Counted from the first letter of the stretch, positions 16,422 through 25,921 are shown. The stretch is DNA of 64,000 bases from Candidatus Uhrbacteria bacterium (GCA_943354605.1 CALRCK010000003.1:85609-149608), one strand, 5' to 3'. Numbers and translations: made by a program. Notes: generated by a model not told the origin, from the letters alone.

Positions 16422-17456
16422 TTATACAACGTCCTCCCACGGCAAACCCGGACGACCAAACATGCCGTACGTTGCACACGATGCGTAGATTGGCTTTCGA
16501 AGCTGCAAACGTTCAACAATCGCTTCTGGACGGAAATCAAAACGCTTCTTCACCTCGTCGGTGAGATCGTCCCCATTGCCCGCCTTCGCCGACAACACCA
16601 ATGGCTCTGCAATGCCAAGCGCGTACATGGCGGTGATGAGCACGTTCGATGCAATACCTTCCGTGACCAACGTTTTTGCCGCAAAGCGTGCCATGTATGT
16701 TCCGGAACGTCCTGGTTTCAGCGGATCTTTTCCCGCAAGACCCATACCACCATGAGGCAATAATCCTCCATACGAATCTGCGAGAACCTTTCTGCCGGAC
16801 ACACCAGCGTTCGCGCCAAAGCCACCTTTCGTGAACGATCCGCCGGAGTTCACCAACATCGTTACGTCATCGATAGACGGCAACGACGGTACAATCGCTT
16901 CTTCCACAATCTGCGACTGCACCACCGAAAGCTCCATCGTTGGATCGTGTTCAACAATCACCGTCACGGCACGAACACGATCCCCATCAGTCGCAAGCTG
17001 TACTTTTCCGTCTGGTCGCAACCACGAAAACCGTGGATCACTCTGGCGCAACAGATCAATACGGCGGGCAATCACATTCGCATACACCACACTTCGCGGC
17101 AGCATTTCACGCGTTTCCTTCGTTGCGTATCCATGCACAATCGCTGTGCCCTGTGCACCACCGCGAACCATTGTCCGTGCAGAATCCTCCGTTGGTTTAT
17201 CAAGGTTTACAAAAAGTTCAATCGCATCCGTGTATCCCGCGGCGGCATACACCGCTTTTCCTACTGCTGCAGCATCAAAATCCGCACGCGAATCCACCAC
17301 GCCGCCGAGCATCACCATGCCGTTGCTTCCCAATGCCTGTACATCCATCCGCGTTAACGGATCTCTGCGCAAATATTCGTCGAGCACGGACTCGACAATC
17401 TGATCGCATACCTTATCTGGATGCCCGGCAAGAGGAGCCTCAACAACTTTGAGCAT
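16422..17456 (-). CDS. metK: S-adenosylmethionine synthetase
   Basis: GHPDKVCDQIVESVLDEYL N-terminal signature plus conserved internal blocks. 344 aa. Confidence 0.85.
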   Translation of the reverse strand: MLKVVEAPLAGHPDKVCDQIVESVLDEYLRRDPLTRMDVQALGSNGMVMLGGVVDSRADFDAAAVGKAVYAAAGYTDAIELFVNLDKPTEDSARTMVRGGAQGTAIVHGYATKETREMLPRSVVYANVIARRIDLLRQSDPRFSWLRPDGKVQLATDGDRVRAVTVIVEHDPTMELSVVQSQIVEEAIVPSLPSIDDVTMLVNSGGSFTKGGFGANAGVSGRKVLADSYGGLLPHGGMGLAGKDPLKPGRSGTYMARFAAKTLVTEGIASNVLITAMYALGIAEPLVLSAKAGNGDDLTDEVKKRFDFRPEAIVERLQLRKPIYASCATYGMFGRPGLPWEDVV

Positions 17457-17508
17457 AAAATATGCAGAAACACTACCACAAAAATCTTATCCACACGAAA
17501 CCTCTTGT

Positions 17509-17549
17509 GTTCGTTTTCTGTTCGGCTATGATACGAACATAACACGAAT
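17509..17549 (+). promoter_or_regulatory. Candidate LexA operator: GTTC-N7-GTTC (17509-17523) and GAAC-N7-GAAT (17535-17549) immediately upstream of lexA
   Basis: Direct-repeat tetranucleotides with 7-nt spacing resemble the GTTCN7GTTC-type LexA boxes described in some lineages. The position, overlapping the lexA start region, fits autoregulation. Confidence 0.3.
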
Positions 17550-18183
17550 GCCTATGTCCATTCTTCCACCGCTTACCAAGAAACAACGCGAAGTCCTCGA
17601 CTGTATTGAAGGCTTTGTAAAGGACAACGGCTACACACCATCGTATCGTGAAATCGCAGAGCAGCTCGGCCTTTCGTCCCCGGCCACCATCCACCAGCAC
17701 ATCAAAACACTGTGTGAAAAAGGCATCATCAACACCGGCGACCGTGGCGAAGCGCGAAGCATCGAGCTTGTGGAGCCAGAGCGCATGTCCCCTCTCGCTA
17801 TTATGCTCCCACTTGCGGGGCTCATCACTGCCGGCGAACCCATCGAAGCCGTAGAACAGAACGAAGCTATGGCGATTCCTGCAGACTTCGTGATGGACCC
17901 TATGAACTCCTACGTGCTCAAAGTAAAAGGACGGTCAATGATCGAAGACGGCATCTTCGACGGCGACTACGTGGTGGTTGAACGGAATCCCTCACCAAAG
18001 AACGGAGACATCGTGGTCGCGCTCCTAGACAATGCCTACGCCACACTCAAACGATTTTATCGTGAACGCGATCACATCCGCCTCCAGCCCGCGAACAGCA
18101 CCATGCAACCCATCATCGTCAAAGGAGACTTAAACATCCAAGGAATTGTCCGGGCCGTGATGCGACGTTTCTCTACAATCTAA
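17548..18183 (+). CDS. lexA: LexA repressor
   Basis: N-terminal HTH (LTKKQREVLDCIEGFVKDNGYTPSYREIAEQLGLSSPATIHQHIKTL) and C-terminal S24 peptidase domain (VKGRSMIEDGIFDGDYVVV...GDIVVALLDN). Confidence 0.85.
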   Translation: MPMSILPPLTKKQREVLDCIEGFVKDNGYTPSYREIAEQLGLSSPATIHQHIKTLCEKGIINTGDRGEARSIELVEPERMSPLAIMLPLAGLITAGEPIEAVEQNEAMAIPADFVMDPMNSYVLKVKGRSMIEDGIFDGDYVVVERNPSPKNGDIVVALLDNAYATLKRFYRERDHIRLQPANSTMQPIIVKGDLNIQGIVRAVMRRFSTI

Positions 18184-18368
18184 ATCTTCATCGAGAAATC
18201 TATGAACTCCATCGCCGTTCGTCACTACAATGTGACGGTTGCTTATTGCACCTCGCCATTCAATACCAAGCGCCACGAAGTCGCGAAACAGATTCGTCAG
18301 TTCCTCAATCTTCGCCGCTTCCGCAAGCATATTCGCTCCTTCGCACCACTCCGCCTTGCATAACCTCT

Positions 18369-18620
18369 ATGCCCGTTCATGAACTCCTCAACGAACCTGT
18401 AGATGTCCGTGTCGAGTTTACAGGAAAGCGCGTTCACCCAACACACGTGCACTGGGGAAAGAAGACGTACGTTATGAAAAACGTAAACCTCGTGCACAGC
18501 ACAAATGAAGGCGAAAAACGTATCTACTACTTCTCCGTATCCGACGACACATCATTCATGAAACTGCGTTTAGACACTGGGGCCTTAGAATGGAGAATCG
18601 TCGAGTTCTACAGTGAATAG
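18369..18620 (+). CDS. Hypothetical small protein (83 aa) between lexA and dinB
   Basis: MPVHELLNEPVDVRVEFTGKRVHPTHVHWGKKTYVMKNV... Coding-like, no recognised domain. Sits in the SOS gene neighbourhood. Confidence 0.4.
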   Translation: MPVHELLNEPVDVRVEFTGKRVHPTHVHWGKKTYVMKNVNLVHSTNEGEKRIYYFSVSDDTSFMKLRLDTGALEWRIVEFYSE

Positions 18621-18832
18621 TTCTCACTACTGCCTACTTACTACTTACTACTGCCTATTTATGAACACCCGTCGGAGGACCGGAAATCGTTTCACTTTTT
18701 CCCTCAGTGAAATTCTCTCGTCACACATCCAAAAAGCCCGCAAGCATCGCAGTGCCCTCAAACCGCGCACTCAAGCACGACGGTTCGAGAATAATCTTCG
18801 ATTGCCTTTAGCGCTGCTGAATAAGAACTAGA

Positions 18833-19266
18833 GGTTTTAGGTTATAGGGGTTAGGTTTTAGTATTAAACGACTCACCTGTGAAAATTCTAAGTTATCGAG
18901 ACCTCATTGTCTGGCAAAAAGCCATGATTGCCGCAACGGAAACGTACAAGCTCACTACAGAGATGCCCCTAGAGGAACGGTACGGCCTCACATCGCAGAT
19001 GAGACGATCAGCCGTTTCAATTCCTTCGAATATCGCAGAAGGAAGCAAACGCTCATCAAAAAAAGATTATAAAAACTTTTTACGAATCGCTTTTGGATCT
19101 ACAGCGGAACTCGAGACGCAAATAGAACTTGGAGTTCGACTTACGTATTTTTCAAGATCGAATACCAATATCGTTAGCAATCTTCTTTCTGAAATCTCTA
19201 AAATGCTTCAATCAATTATCGCGAGGCTCGAATATCAATCTCCCGTCCCTTCTATAACCTAAAACC
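18833..19266 (+). mobile_element. AT-rich cassette bounded by 15-bp inverted repeats (GGTTTTAGGTTATAG) carrying a four-helix-bundle protein gene
   Basis: GGTTTTAGGTTATAG at 18833-18847 and its exact reverse complement at 19252-19266, with extra TAGGGG motifs. The interior is about 42% GC versus about 53% in the flanks. It lies between the lexA-associated sORF and dinB. Confidence 0.55.
18879..19262 (+). CDS. Four-helix-bundle protein (23S rRNA intervening-sequence protein / Avd-like family)
   Basis: MKILSYRDLIVWQKAMIAATETYKLTTEMPLEERYGLTSQMRRSAVSIPSNIAEGSKRSSKKDYKNFLRIAFGSTAELETQIELG matches the TIGR02436/PF05635 consensus. Confidence 0.8.
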   Translation: MKILSYRDLIVWQKAMIAATETYKLTTEMPLEERYGLTSQMRRSAVSIPSNIAEGSKRSSKKDYKNFLRIAFGSTAELETQIELGVRLTYFSRSNTNIVSNLLSEISKMLQSIIARLEYQSPVPSIT

Positions 19267-19284
19267 TATCCCCTAAAGCCTCGA

Positions 19285-20559
19285 ATGCCTCGCCTCATTC
19301 TGCACATTGATTTCAATTCCTTCTTTGCGTCCGTTGAGGCGCAGGCAAACCCCTTCCTTCGCGGGAAAGCGTTTGCGGTTGCCGGAAAAGGTAAAGGACG
19401 AATCGATCGCGAGGCAGGGGCAATCCAAGGCAAACGTACATCCATCAGCGAGCTCTCTCATTCACGATCGGTCGTGACCACCGCATCGCGCGAAGCCAAG
19501 AAACTCGGCGTGAAAACTGCGATAACGACGCACGAAGCGCAGCGCATCATTCCAAATCTTCCCATTATTCCCGGCGATCCTCGCAAATACGCGGAGGTCA
19601 CTCATCGATTCCTCAAGATTCTCCGCGAACACTGCGATGCCGTTGAACAGTTCAGTGTAGACGAAGCGTTTGCCGACATTACTACGGTTGCCGGCGACAA
19701 GTTCGGTGCGATCATGTTTGCACAAATTCTCCGATCGAAAATTCTCGACACCATCGGCGAAGCGTGCACAGCCTCGATCGGTATCGGTCCAAATAAAGTT
19801 GTCGCCAAACTTGCGAGTGAGCTCGTAAAACCCAACGGGATCACGTTCGTCGATCCGTCCGAAGTTGAATCTTTTGTCGCGGCTCGGAGCCTCCGCGATA
19901 TCTGCGGCATTGGACCTCGGCTCGGGAAACGGCTCACGAGTCTTGGCGTCACCACCATCCTCCACCTTCGCCAAACGCCAATGGATCGCCTCATCGCCGA
20001 ATTCGGCCCGCACACTGCAGAATTTCTTTGGAATGTTTCACGCGGAATTGGCGATGACGCCGTTATCGATTCCGCAACCGACGATCCAAAATCCGTCGGC
20101 CATTCCTACACGTTTCCCCACGGACTTGAAACCGATCAAGAAGTTCACGACAACCTTCTTGCACTTGCCGACATGGTTACGCAACGCTTACGAAATCAAA
20201 ACCTCTTTGCAACCCACGTGAACGTTTTTGCGCGATACGAAGACGGTGGAGGAAGCGGCACAAACGCCCAATTACCCGAAGCAACGAACGACGGTCTCAC
20301 GCTCTTCGAGCACGGATTCCGGTCCCTCCTACCCATCATCGATATCGATCGCGGCATCCGCCGCCTCGGTATCAATGCGACACAATTCGCGAATAAAATT
20401 CCCTCCCTCATTCCCGAACACAACGAACGCCACGATCGCTGCCTCACCGCCCTCGACCTCATCGCCAAACGCTTCGGCACCGGCGCCTGGCACAGAGCAA
20501 GCACGCTGAATACGGTTTTCTTAGAGCGAGTAAGTGGCTGGCATTACGATCATGAATGA
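19285..20559 (+). CDS. dinB: DNA polymerase IV (Y-family)
   Basis: ILHIDFNSFFASVEAQANPFLRGKAFAVAG..., the Y-family palm motif, plus little-finger region. 424 aa. Confidence 0.85.
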   Translation: MPRLILHIDFNSFFASVEAQANPFLRGKAFAVAGKGKGRIDREAGAIQGKRTSISELSHSRSVVTTASREAKKLGVKTAITTHEAQRIIPNLPIIPGDPRKYAEVTHRFLKILREHCDAVEQFSVDEAFADITTVAGDKFGAIMFAQILRSKILDTIGEACTASIGIGPNKVVAKLASELVKPNGITFVDPSEVESFVAARSLRDICGIGPRLGKRLTSLGVTTILHLRQTPMDRLIAEFGPHTAEFLWNVSRGIGDDAVIDSATDDPKSVGHSYTFPHGLETDQEVHDNLLALADMVTQRLRNQNLFATHVNVFARYEDGGGSGTNAQLPEATNDGLTLFEHGFRSLLPIIDIDRGIRRLGINATQFANKIPSLIPEHNERHDRCLTALDLIAKRFGTGAWHRASTLNTVFLERVSGWHYDHE

Positions 20560-21011
20560 GGAAAAAATGCAGCAAATCTCCCCATAAGCTCCGCTTTCTC
20601 AAGAACATGACCAGATATCGCATCGAGGCATTCGGCCTTCGTTGATCCCTCGGGGAGATCGAGAAGCGTGTCAATTGCGTACAGCGTAAAGAAATATCGA
20701 TGCTCTTTATCTGGAGGTCGAGGACCGCCATATTCTAACTCGCCCCTCGTTCCTTTTCCTCGAACCCCTTCCACAATCCAACGTTCCGGAATACTCGTGA
20801 TGCTTGGTGGAATATTAAAAACTACCCAGTGATCCCACACCGGCACTCCAGCAGCCTCCGGAACATCTGGGTCGTCCATGGTTAATACCAACGATACTGT
20901 CCCTTCAGGAATATTTTCGATATGCAGGGGCGGATTCGCATTTTCAAAATCTCGACCATATTTTTTCGGGATCAATTCCCCATTTTGAAAAGCCGAACTG
21001 ATAATATTCAT
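20550..21011 (-). CDS. YbhB/YbcL family PEBP (Raf-kinase-inhibitor-like) protein
   Basis: LTMDDPDVPEAAGVPVWDHWVVFNIP and RYFFTLYAID match the PEBP signature. Confidence 0.8.
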   Translation of the reverse strand: MNIISSAFQNGELIPKKYGRDFENANPPLHIENIPEGTVSLVLTMDDPDVPEAAGVPVWDHWVVFNIPPSITSIPERWIVEGVRGKGTRGELEYGGPRPPDKEHRYFFTLYAIDTLLDLPEGSTKAECLDAISGHVLEKAELMGRFAAFFPHS

Positions 21012-21073
21012 ATACTTCTATTGTAAACCAAAATCGCCCATTGCTGGACGATTATCGGTGTCGGATCGATGGG

Positions 21074-21150
21074 TGGTGGACTGGACGAGATTCGAACTCG
21101 CAACTCTAAGATGACGATCCAAGTATGTTACCAATTAACACCACCAGCCC
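21074..21150 (-). tRNA. tRNA-like gene with canonical acceptor stem, D-arm and T-arm but a non-canonical anticodon arm (possible unusual tRNA or pseudogene)
   Basis: Minus-strand GGGCTGG-TG-GTGTtaattggtaACAT...GCGAGTTCGAATCTCGT-CCAGTCC-A-CCA: 7-bp acceptor stem (one G-U), TTCGAAT T-loop, encoded CCA, and a TATAAT box about 20 nt upstream. The 17 nt between the D-arm and variable loop (CTTGGATCGTCATCTTA) do not form a 5-bp stem by eye. Confidence 0.45.
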
Positions 21151-21189
21151 AGAACAACCCGACATTTTTATTATAGCACGAACAAAAGA

Positions 21190-21225
21190 CGAACAAAGAA
21201 AAATACCCCGCCGAAGCTGGGTACT
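21190..21225 (-). terminator. Terminator after eno
   Basis: Minus-strand hairpin TACCCAGCTTCGGCGGGGTA followed by a T-rich run. Confidence 0.45.
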
Positions 21226-21313
21226 TTTCCGTCATCTTAGAGAATGTTCTTTCGAACACACCTGGATATAGGTATTAAAGCACAAAACACGAGGGCGGTC
21301 AAAACTATCCCCA

Positions 21314-22573
21314 TCAAATCTCCTCTTCAATCTCCAGCAACCGATTGTACTTACAGAGACGTTCCGATCGTGATGGCGCGCCGGACTTGATGAATTCGGC
21401 GTTTACAGCAACGGCAATGTCGGCGATGGAGGTATCTGTGGTTTCGCCGGAGCGGTGAGAGATGATTACCTTGTAGCCGTTTTCTTTTGCGAGCGCGATC
21501 GTCTCCATCGTCTCCGATAATGTTCCGATCTGGTTTGGTTTGATGAGAATCGCATTTGCAACACCAGAATCGATTCCGCGATGCAAGCGGCGAGCATCAG
21601 TGACGAAGAGATCGTCGCCGATGAGCAGCATCTTTTTTCCAAGACGCTTTGTCATCTCTTCCCAATCGTCCCACGCGTCTTCGGCAAGACCGTCCTCGAT
21701 GCTGATCATCGGATATTTCTTGCTCCATGAATCGTACAGGTCGATCATCTGCTTTGCGGTGCACTTTCGCTTGTCCGTAGACAGCTCGTACTTCTTTGTC
21801 TTCTCATTGAAGAATTCGCTTGCGGCGACGTCGATGCCGAATCCAATCTCCCTTCCGAGCTTGTACTTCGCTTTCTTCACTGCCTGCACAAGATATTCAA
21901 GCGCAGATTCTGTTCGGCCAACATCCGGCGCATAACCACCTTCATTCCCAACATCCGTATCAAGCCCGTCGGCGTGGAGCACGTCGCCGAGCATATGAAA
22001 AATTTCACTGCCGGCCTGAAGTTTGCGTGAGAACGTGGAGAAGCCGTGCGGGATGATAATGAATTCCTGCATGTCTAGATTTGTATCCGCGTGCCGTCCG
22101 CCATTGAACACGTTCAAGAGCGGCGTTGGAAGTTTGAATTTGGATAGTCCAATGTCATACGTTTCGCGCAGATATGCATACAATGGCATTCGTGCGCGAC
22201 GAGCCCCAGCATGGGCAACCGCAAGCGAAACACCGAGAATCGCATTTGCGCCGAGACGTTTCTTATTGTCCGTTCCGTCGATAATGCACATCGATTCATC
22301 GATCCCCCGCTGGTCCGCAACATCGCGTCGACGCAACGACGGGCCAATGATGTCGTTCACATTCCGCACCGCCTTTCGCACACCAAGACCGCGATAGCGC
22401 TTCTTATCGCCATCACGAAGTTCGACGGCTTCATGCACACCGGTCGATGCGCCGCTCGGCACTGCCGCATGTCCACGCGTGCCGTCGCGAAGCATCACCG
22501 ACACATGAACCGTCGGGTTGCCACGCGAATCTAAAATTTCGTGCGCATGAATCGCATCAATGCGTTCGAGCAT
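21314..22573 (-). CDS. eno: Enolase
   Basis: HAHEILDSRGNPTVHVSVMLRDGTRGHAAVPSGASTG... is canonical enolase. 419 aa. Confidence 0.95.
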   Translation of the reverse strand: MLERIDAIHAHEILDSRGNPTVHVSVMLRDGTRGHAAVPSGASTGVHEAVELRDGDKKRYRGLGVRKAVRNVNDIIGPSLRRRDVADQRGIDESMCIIDGTDNKKRLGANAILGVSLAVAHAGARRARMPLYAYLRETYDIGLSKFKLPTPLLNVFNGGRHADTNLDMQEFIIIPHGFSTFSRKLQAGSEIFHMLGDVLHADGLDTDVGNEGGYAPDVGRTESALEYLVQAVKKAKYKLGREIGFGIDVAASEFFNEKTKKYELSTDKRKCTAKQMIDLYDSWSKKYPMISIEDGLAEDAWDDWEEMTKRLGKKMLLIGDDLFVTDARRLHRGIDSGVANAILIKPNQIGTLSETMETIALAKENGYKVIISHRSGETTDTSIADIAVAVNAEFIKSGAPSRSERLCKYNRLLEIEEEI

Positions 22574-22578
22574 AGTGT

Positions 22579-23373
22579 CTATTGAACGAACGAATAGGTC
22601 ACGGTTACCGTCAATTCAACATCTTGCGTTCCTGTTTGGATTGGTGGAGCGACAGTGTCTGCCGATTTTGTTGATTCGCTCAGCATGCCGTAATAGATTG
22701 GCACTGAACCGCCAGTGCTTTCGCTATAACTCACCACACGGCCGACACGGCCGCCCATGGCTTTTGCGATATTTGCCGCATCGGTCTGTACCTTTGCCAT
22801 GGCGTCAACACGCGCCTCCTGATTCACCACCGATGTATCGTCAATGTCGTAACGCAAATCCGAAACGTTCGTTGCGCCATTCTTTGGCCCAGCGTCAAGA
22901 ATCGAAGACACAAGATCAGCATTACGAATTTTCACCGTCAACGATTCCGACGATTCATAGCCGGTTAACACCGCAGGGCTCACGTCGTAGTCGTACACTG
23001 GAGACAGAGAGAACGACGATGTCTTTAAATCTGCAGCAGGAATGCCCAGGGCGAGAATCGCATCTTGCAACGTTTTCATCTTCTTCGACACATCGCTCTG
23101 CGCTGTTGTGCCGCTTGCGTTTGTTTCGCTCACCGTCATGTCCACGGTTGCAATATCCGGCACTGCACTCGCCTTTCCCGTTGCACTCACCACAATCGTT
23201 GGAGCGGAAAGATCACTCACTCCCACATGCGAATATTCGCGCATGGTCTTTTTAATCTCTGCACCAACCCACACCGTGCTGTACACGATGAGAATCGCGA
23301 GAAGCACCGTAAACAACTTGTTCTCGTGCCATGAAGGCCAAAAACTCGACCCGTCTTTTTCCCAAGAAGCCAT
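22579..23373 (-). CDS. SIMPL-domain (DUF541) protein, membrane-anchored
   Basis: N-terminal TM LFTVLLAILIVYSTVWV, then a SIMPL-like domain ending ...QDVELTVTVTYSF. Confidence 0.55.
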   Translation of the reverse strand: MASWEKDGSSFWPSWHENKLFTVLLAILIVYSTVWVGAEIKKTMREYSHVGVSDLSAPTIVVSATGKASAVPDIATVDMTVSETNASGTTAQSDVSKKMKTLQDAILALGIPAADLKTSSFSLSPVYDYDVSPAVLTGYESSESLTVKIRNADLVSSILDAGPKNGATNVSDLRYDIDDTSVVNQEARVDAMAKVQTDAANIAKAMGGRVGRVVSYSESTGGSVPIYYGMLSESTKSADTVAPPIQTGTQDVELTVTVTYSFVQ

Positions 23374-23444
23374 AAAAAGAGTGTTAATTACAAAAAGTAT
23401 AGCACGACGACACGCGCCCAACGCCAAACGTCACGTTTACATCT

Positions 23445-24590
23445 CTATTTCCCAAGTACCTCGAGTCCAGGCATCGCTTCTCCGCCTAAGAACGCAAGCA
23501 TTGCGCCGCCGCCAGTGGAAACGTGGGTGAAGGAATCGGTAAGGTCGAATTCCTCAAGGCATTCAACGGTCTCACCGCCGCCAACAATACTCGTCGCCTT
23601 CGTGTTCTTTGCAATCGCTTTTGCGATTGCAAGCGTTCCCACAAAACCGTCTTCACGTTTTGGAATGCCCATTGGTCCGTTCCATACAATATGCTTCGCC
23701 CTTGCAATCGCGCCGCAAAATGCCTCGATTGTAGAAGGGCCGACGTCAGGAACAAGGTTTTTTGCGACAACGAGATCGCATGGAAGATAGATCTTCTTCC
23801 CAAACTTCTTCGCGATTGCCTTTGCGCTTGCGATATCTTTTGCGCTCGTAAACTCTGGAACATCCACCGGAAGCGATCCAACATCCGCCTTCAGCATGGT
23901 GAGCGCCGTTGCACCACCTATAAGAATTGCATCGGCATGCGCACCGAGATGTTTCATGAGTGGAATTTTTGTTGCAATTTTCATGCCGCCAAGAATCAAC
24001 ACAAACGGATGTTTCGGTGTCGTCGACAACGCGCGCACTTCGCGAACAACCAACTCGCCAGCAAAGCTTGGCAAATACGATGTTATTGCAACCATCGACG
24101 CGTGTTTACGATGACACACACTGAATGCGTTGTTCACATACACGTCGCCAAGTTCGGCAAGGCGCTTTGCAAAATCGGCGCTATTCTTTTCCTCGCCCTT
24201 ATCAAATCGGAGATTCTCCAACATGACGATTGACCCTGGCGCCATACGATCGATAACGCGCGCAGCCTCATCGCCAACCGTGTGCGGAATGAAACGCACT
24301 GGATGGTCGATAGCACGAGCCAGTGCTCGAGCAACCGGAGCAAGCGAAAGTGATTTTACTGATTTTCCCTTTGGGTCACCAAGGTGTGCAATAAGAACAA
24401 TTCGTGCGCCACGGGATCGGAGCCGAGTAATTTCCGGAAGGATCGACTTCAAACGATGCCTGCCGTGAATTGAAACGCGGCCATCATTCATGGGAACATT
24501 CGCATCAATGCGCAACAACACCCGACTATCACGAGGAATGTCGCGTGCTGTCCACGATGCAATATTCTTAAGGAGTTTCATTTTTGCCAT
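23445..24590 (-). CDS. pgk: Phosphoglycerate kinase
   Basis: RIDANVPMNDGRVSIHGRHRLKSILPEITRL...IVLIAHLGDPKG plus C-terminal nucleotide-binding motifs. Confidence 0.9.
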   Translation of the reverse strand: MAKMKLLKNIASWTARDIPRDSRVLLRIDANVPMNDGRVSIHGRHRLKSILPEITRLRSRGARIVLIAHLGDPKGKSVKSLSLAPVARALARAIDHPVRFIPHTVGDEAARVIDRMAPGSIVMLENLRFDKGEEKNSADFAKRLAELGDVYVNNAFSVCHRKHASMVAITSYLPSFAGELVVREVRALSTTPKHPFVLILGGMKIATKIPLMKHLGAHADAILIGGATALTMLKADVGSLPVDVPEFTSAKDIASAKAIAKKFGKKIYLPCDLVVAKNLVPDVGPSTIEAFCGAIARAKHIVWNGPMGIPKREDGFVGTLAIAKAIAKNTKATSIVGGGETVECLEEFDLTDSFTHVSTGGGAMLAFLGGEAMPGLEVLGK

Positions 24591-25821
24591 AGACCGCGAC
24601 GCCCTTCACCACGCGAATGAACGCACTTCGCCACGGAAGAACGGAAAAGAAATATCGTGCGTCGACGAATCGTCGAAGGATGTATGCAGTATACCCCCAA
24701 ATTGGAACACCGAGCGCTCTGCCGACGGCATACTTTCCTCCAAGCGCAATGAGAATATCCCATGACGCACGTTGTCGGTACGGCAACACTGGACGCTTCG
24801 TCACCATCGCGACAATATTCCTTGCCACGACAATGGACTGCTCAACCGCAACTTGTGCCGTCTGCGGATCAGGATATTTTCCCTCCTTCACGTATGCAGC
24901 ATCGCCGAGCACAAAAATGTCTCGATATTCAAGCGTCCGCAACGCATCGTCCACCAATATTCTCCCCTTTGGGTGCCGCTCGAATGGAAGCGACGCAACA
25001 ATCTCCGGCATTTTTACTCCAAGCGCAGTGACACAATACTCACACGACACGGTTTCAATTTTTTCAGCGGGAACGCCTTTCACGATTCGTTTTAATCCAA
25101 CAGAATGCTCAGCGACGTTCGCAAGCGCCGTATTCATTCGCAACACAACACCAAGATCACGAAGGCGAGCTTGCGTTTTCTTTCGGAGAAATGGTGAGAG
25201 CATCTTCAGCGGTTCGTTTCCGGAATCGATGAGCATCACTTCCACAGATCGAGCGCTCAGCGCGCCGCGTTTTTCCAGCGCACGAATCGTTGACGCGCAT
25301 TCTGCGGCAAACTCTGTTCCGTTCGCACCAGCACCAGCGATCACGATTCTTCGTTGTTTCGCCGAAGTGTCCTGCATGATGTTTGAAAGCTCCGTTCGGA
25401 TCATGAGTGCATCGCTCGTTCGCTTCAAATCCGTTGCGAATTGCTTGGCGCCAGGAATACCGAAATCATGTGACACACTTCCCACGGCAAGAACACAAAT
25501 ATCGTACGGAATTGCCGATCCGTCCGCACAGACAACGTTTCGCATTACAGGATCAATCGACTGCATTGCGCACCTTCGAAACCGGATCCCTGAGAACCGA
25601 TCAAGCATGATGTCTGTTGCACGGACAAGATCGCCCCGAAGGGAATCGTCGAGGATTCCACCAGAGGCAACTTCATACAACCACGGCGTGTACACGGATG
25701 CGGACGATGGATCAACAATCGTCACCGCGATGCGATTCGAAACCGACGACCGCACCAATCGACGCGCGACGCTAAAGCCACCAAAACCACCGCCAACAAT
25801 CACGATTCGAGTCTGTGTCAT
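24568..25821 (-). CDS. ndh: Type II NADH dehydrogenase (NDH-2 family FAD-dependent oxidoreductase)
   Basis: MTQTRIVIVGGGFGGFSVARRL Rossmann motif and a second motif IFVLGDAAYV. The longer ORF extension upstream is encoded by the adjacent REP element and was rejected. Confidence 0.8.
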   Translation of the reverse strand: MTQTRIVIVGGGFGGFSVARRLVRSSVSNRIAVTIVDPSSASVYTPWLYEVASGGILDDSLRGDLVRATDIMLDRFSGIRFRRCAMQSIDPVMRNVVCADGSAIPYDICVLAVGSVSHDFGIPGAKQFATDLKRTSDALMIRTELSNIMQDTSAKQRRIVIAGAGANGTEFAAECASTIRALEKRGALSARSVEVMLIDSGNEPLKMLSPFLRKKTQARLRDLGVVLRMNTALANVAEHSVGLKRIVKGVPAEKIETVSCEYCVTALGVKMPEIVASLPFERHPKGRILVDDALRTLEYRDIFVLGDAAYVKEGKYPDPQTAQVAVEQSIVVARNIVAMVTKRPVLPYRQRASWDILIALGGKYAVGRALGVPIWGYTAYILRRFVDARYFFSVLPWRSAFIRVVKGVAVYGKNETP

Positions 25822-25837
25822 ACGTGATTCGATTTCA

Positions 25838-25915
25838 GTCATTGCGAGGAGGGTAATCCCGACGCGGCAATCCAGGTTCATCTAGGTTGCTTCGTTGCAC
25901 TCGCAATGACGGATG
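25838..25915. repeat. REP/MITE-like nested palindromic element, family 1b (GTCATTGCGAGG...CTCGCAATGAC), copy 4
   Basis: Arms are reciprocally identical to the element at 45988-46073 in opposite orientation. It supplies a cryptic ATG to the ndh ORF. Confidence 0.75.
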
Positions 25916-25921
25916 GTACGA

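Noticed and set aside
18833-19266. Diversity-generating retroelement (because of Avd-family gene)
   Set aside because: No reverse transcriptase ORF and no template/variable repeat pair could be found in this window. Only the Avd-like gene in a small inverted-repeat-bounded cassette is present.
24617-25885. 422-aa plus-strand ORF
   Set aside because: Entirely antisense to ndh, which has a clear Rossmann motif and NDH-2 blocks. The translation is Ser/Arg-rich junk.
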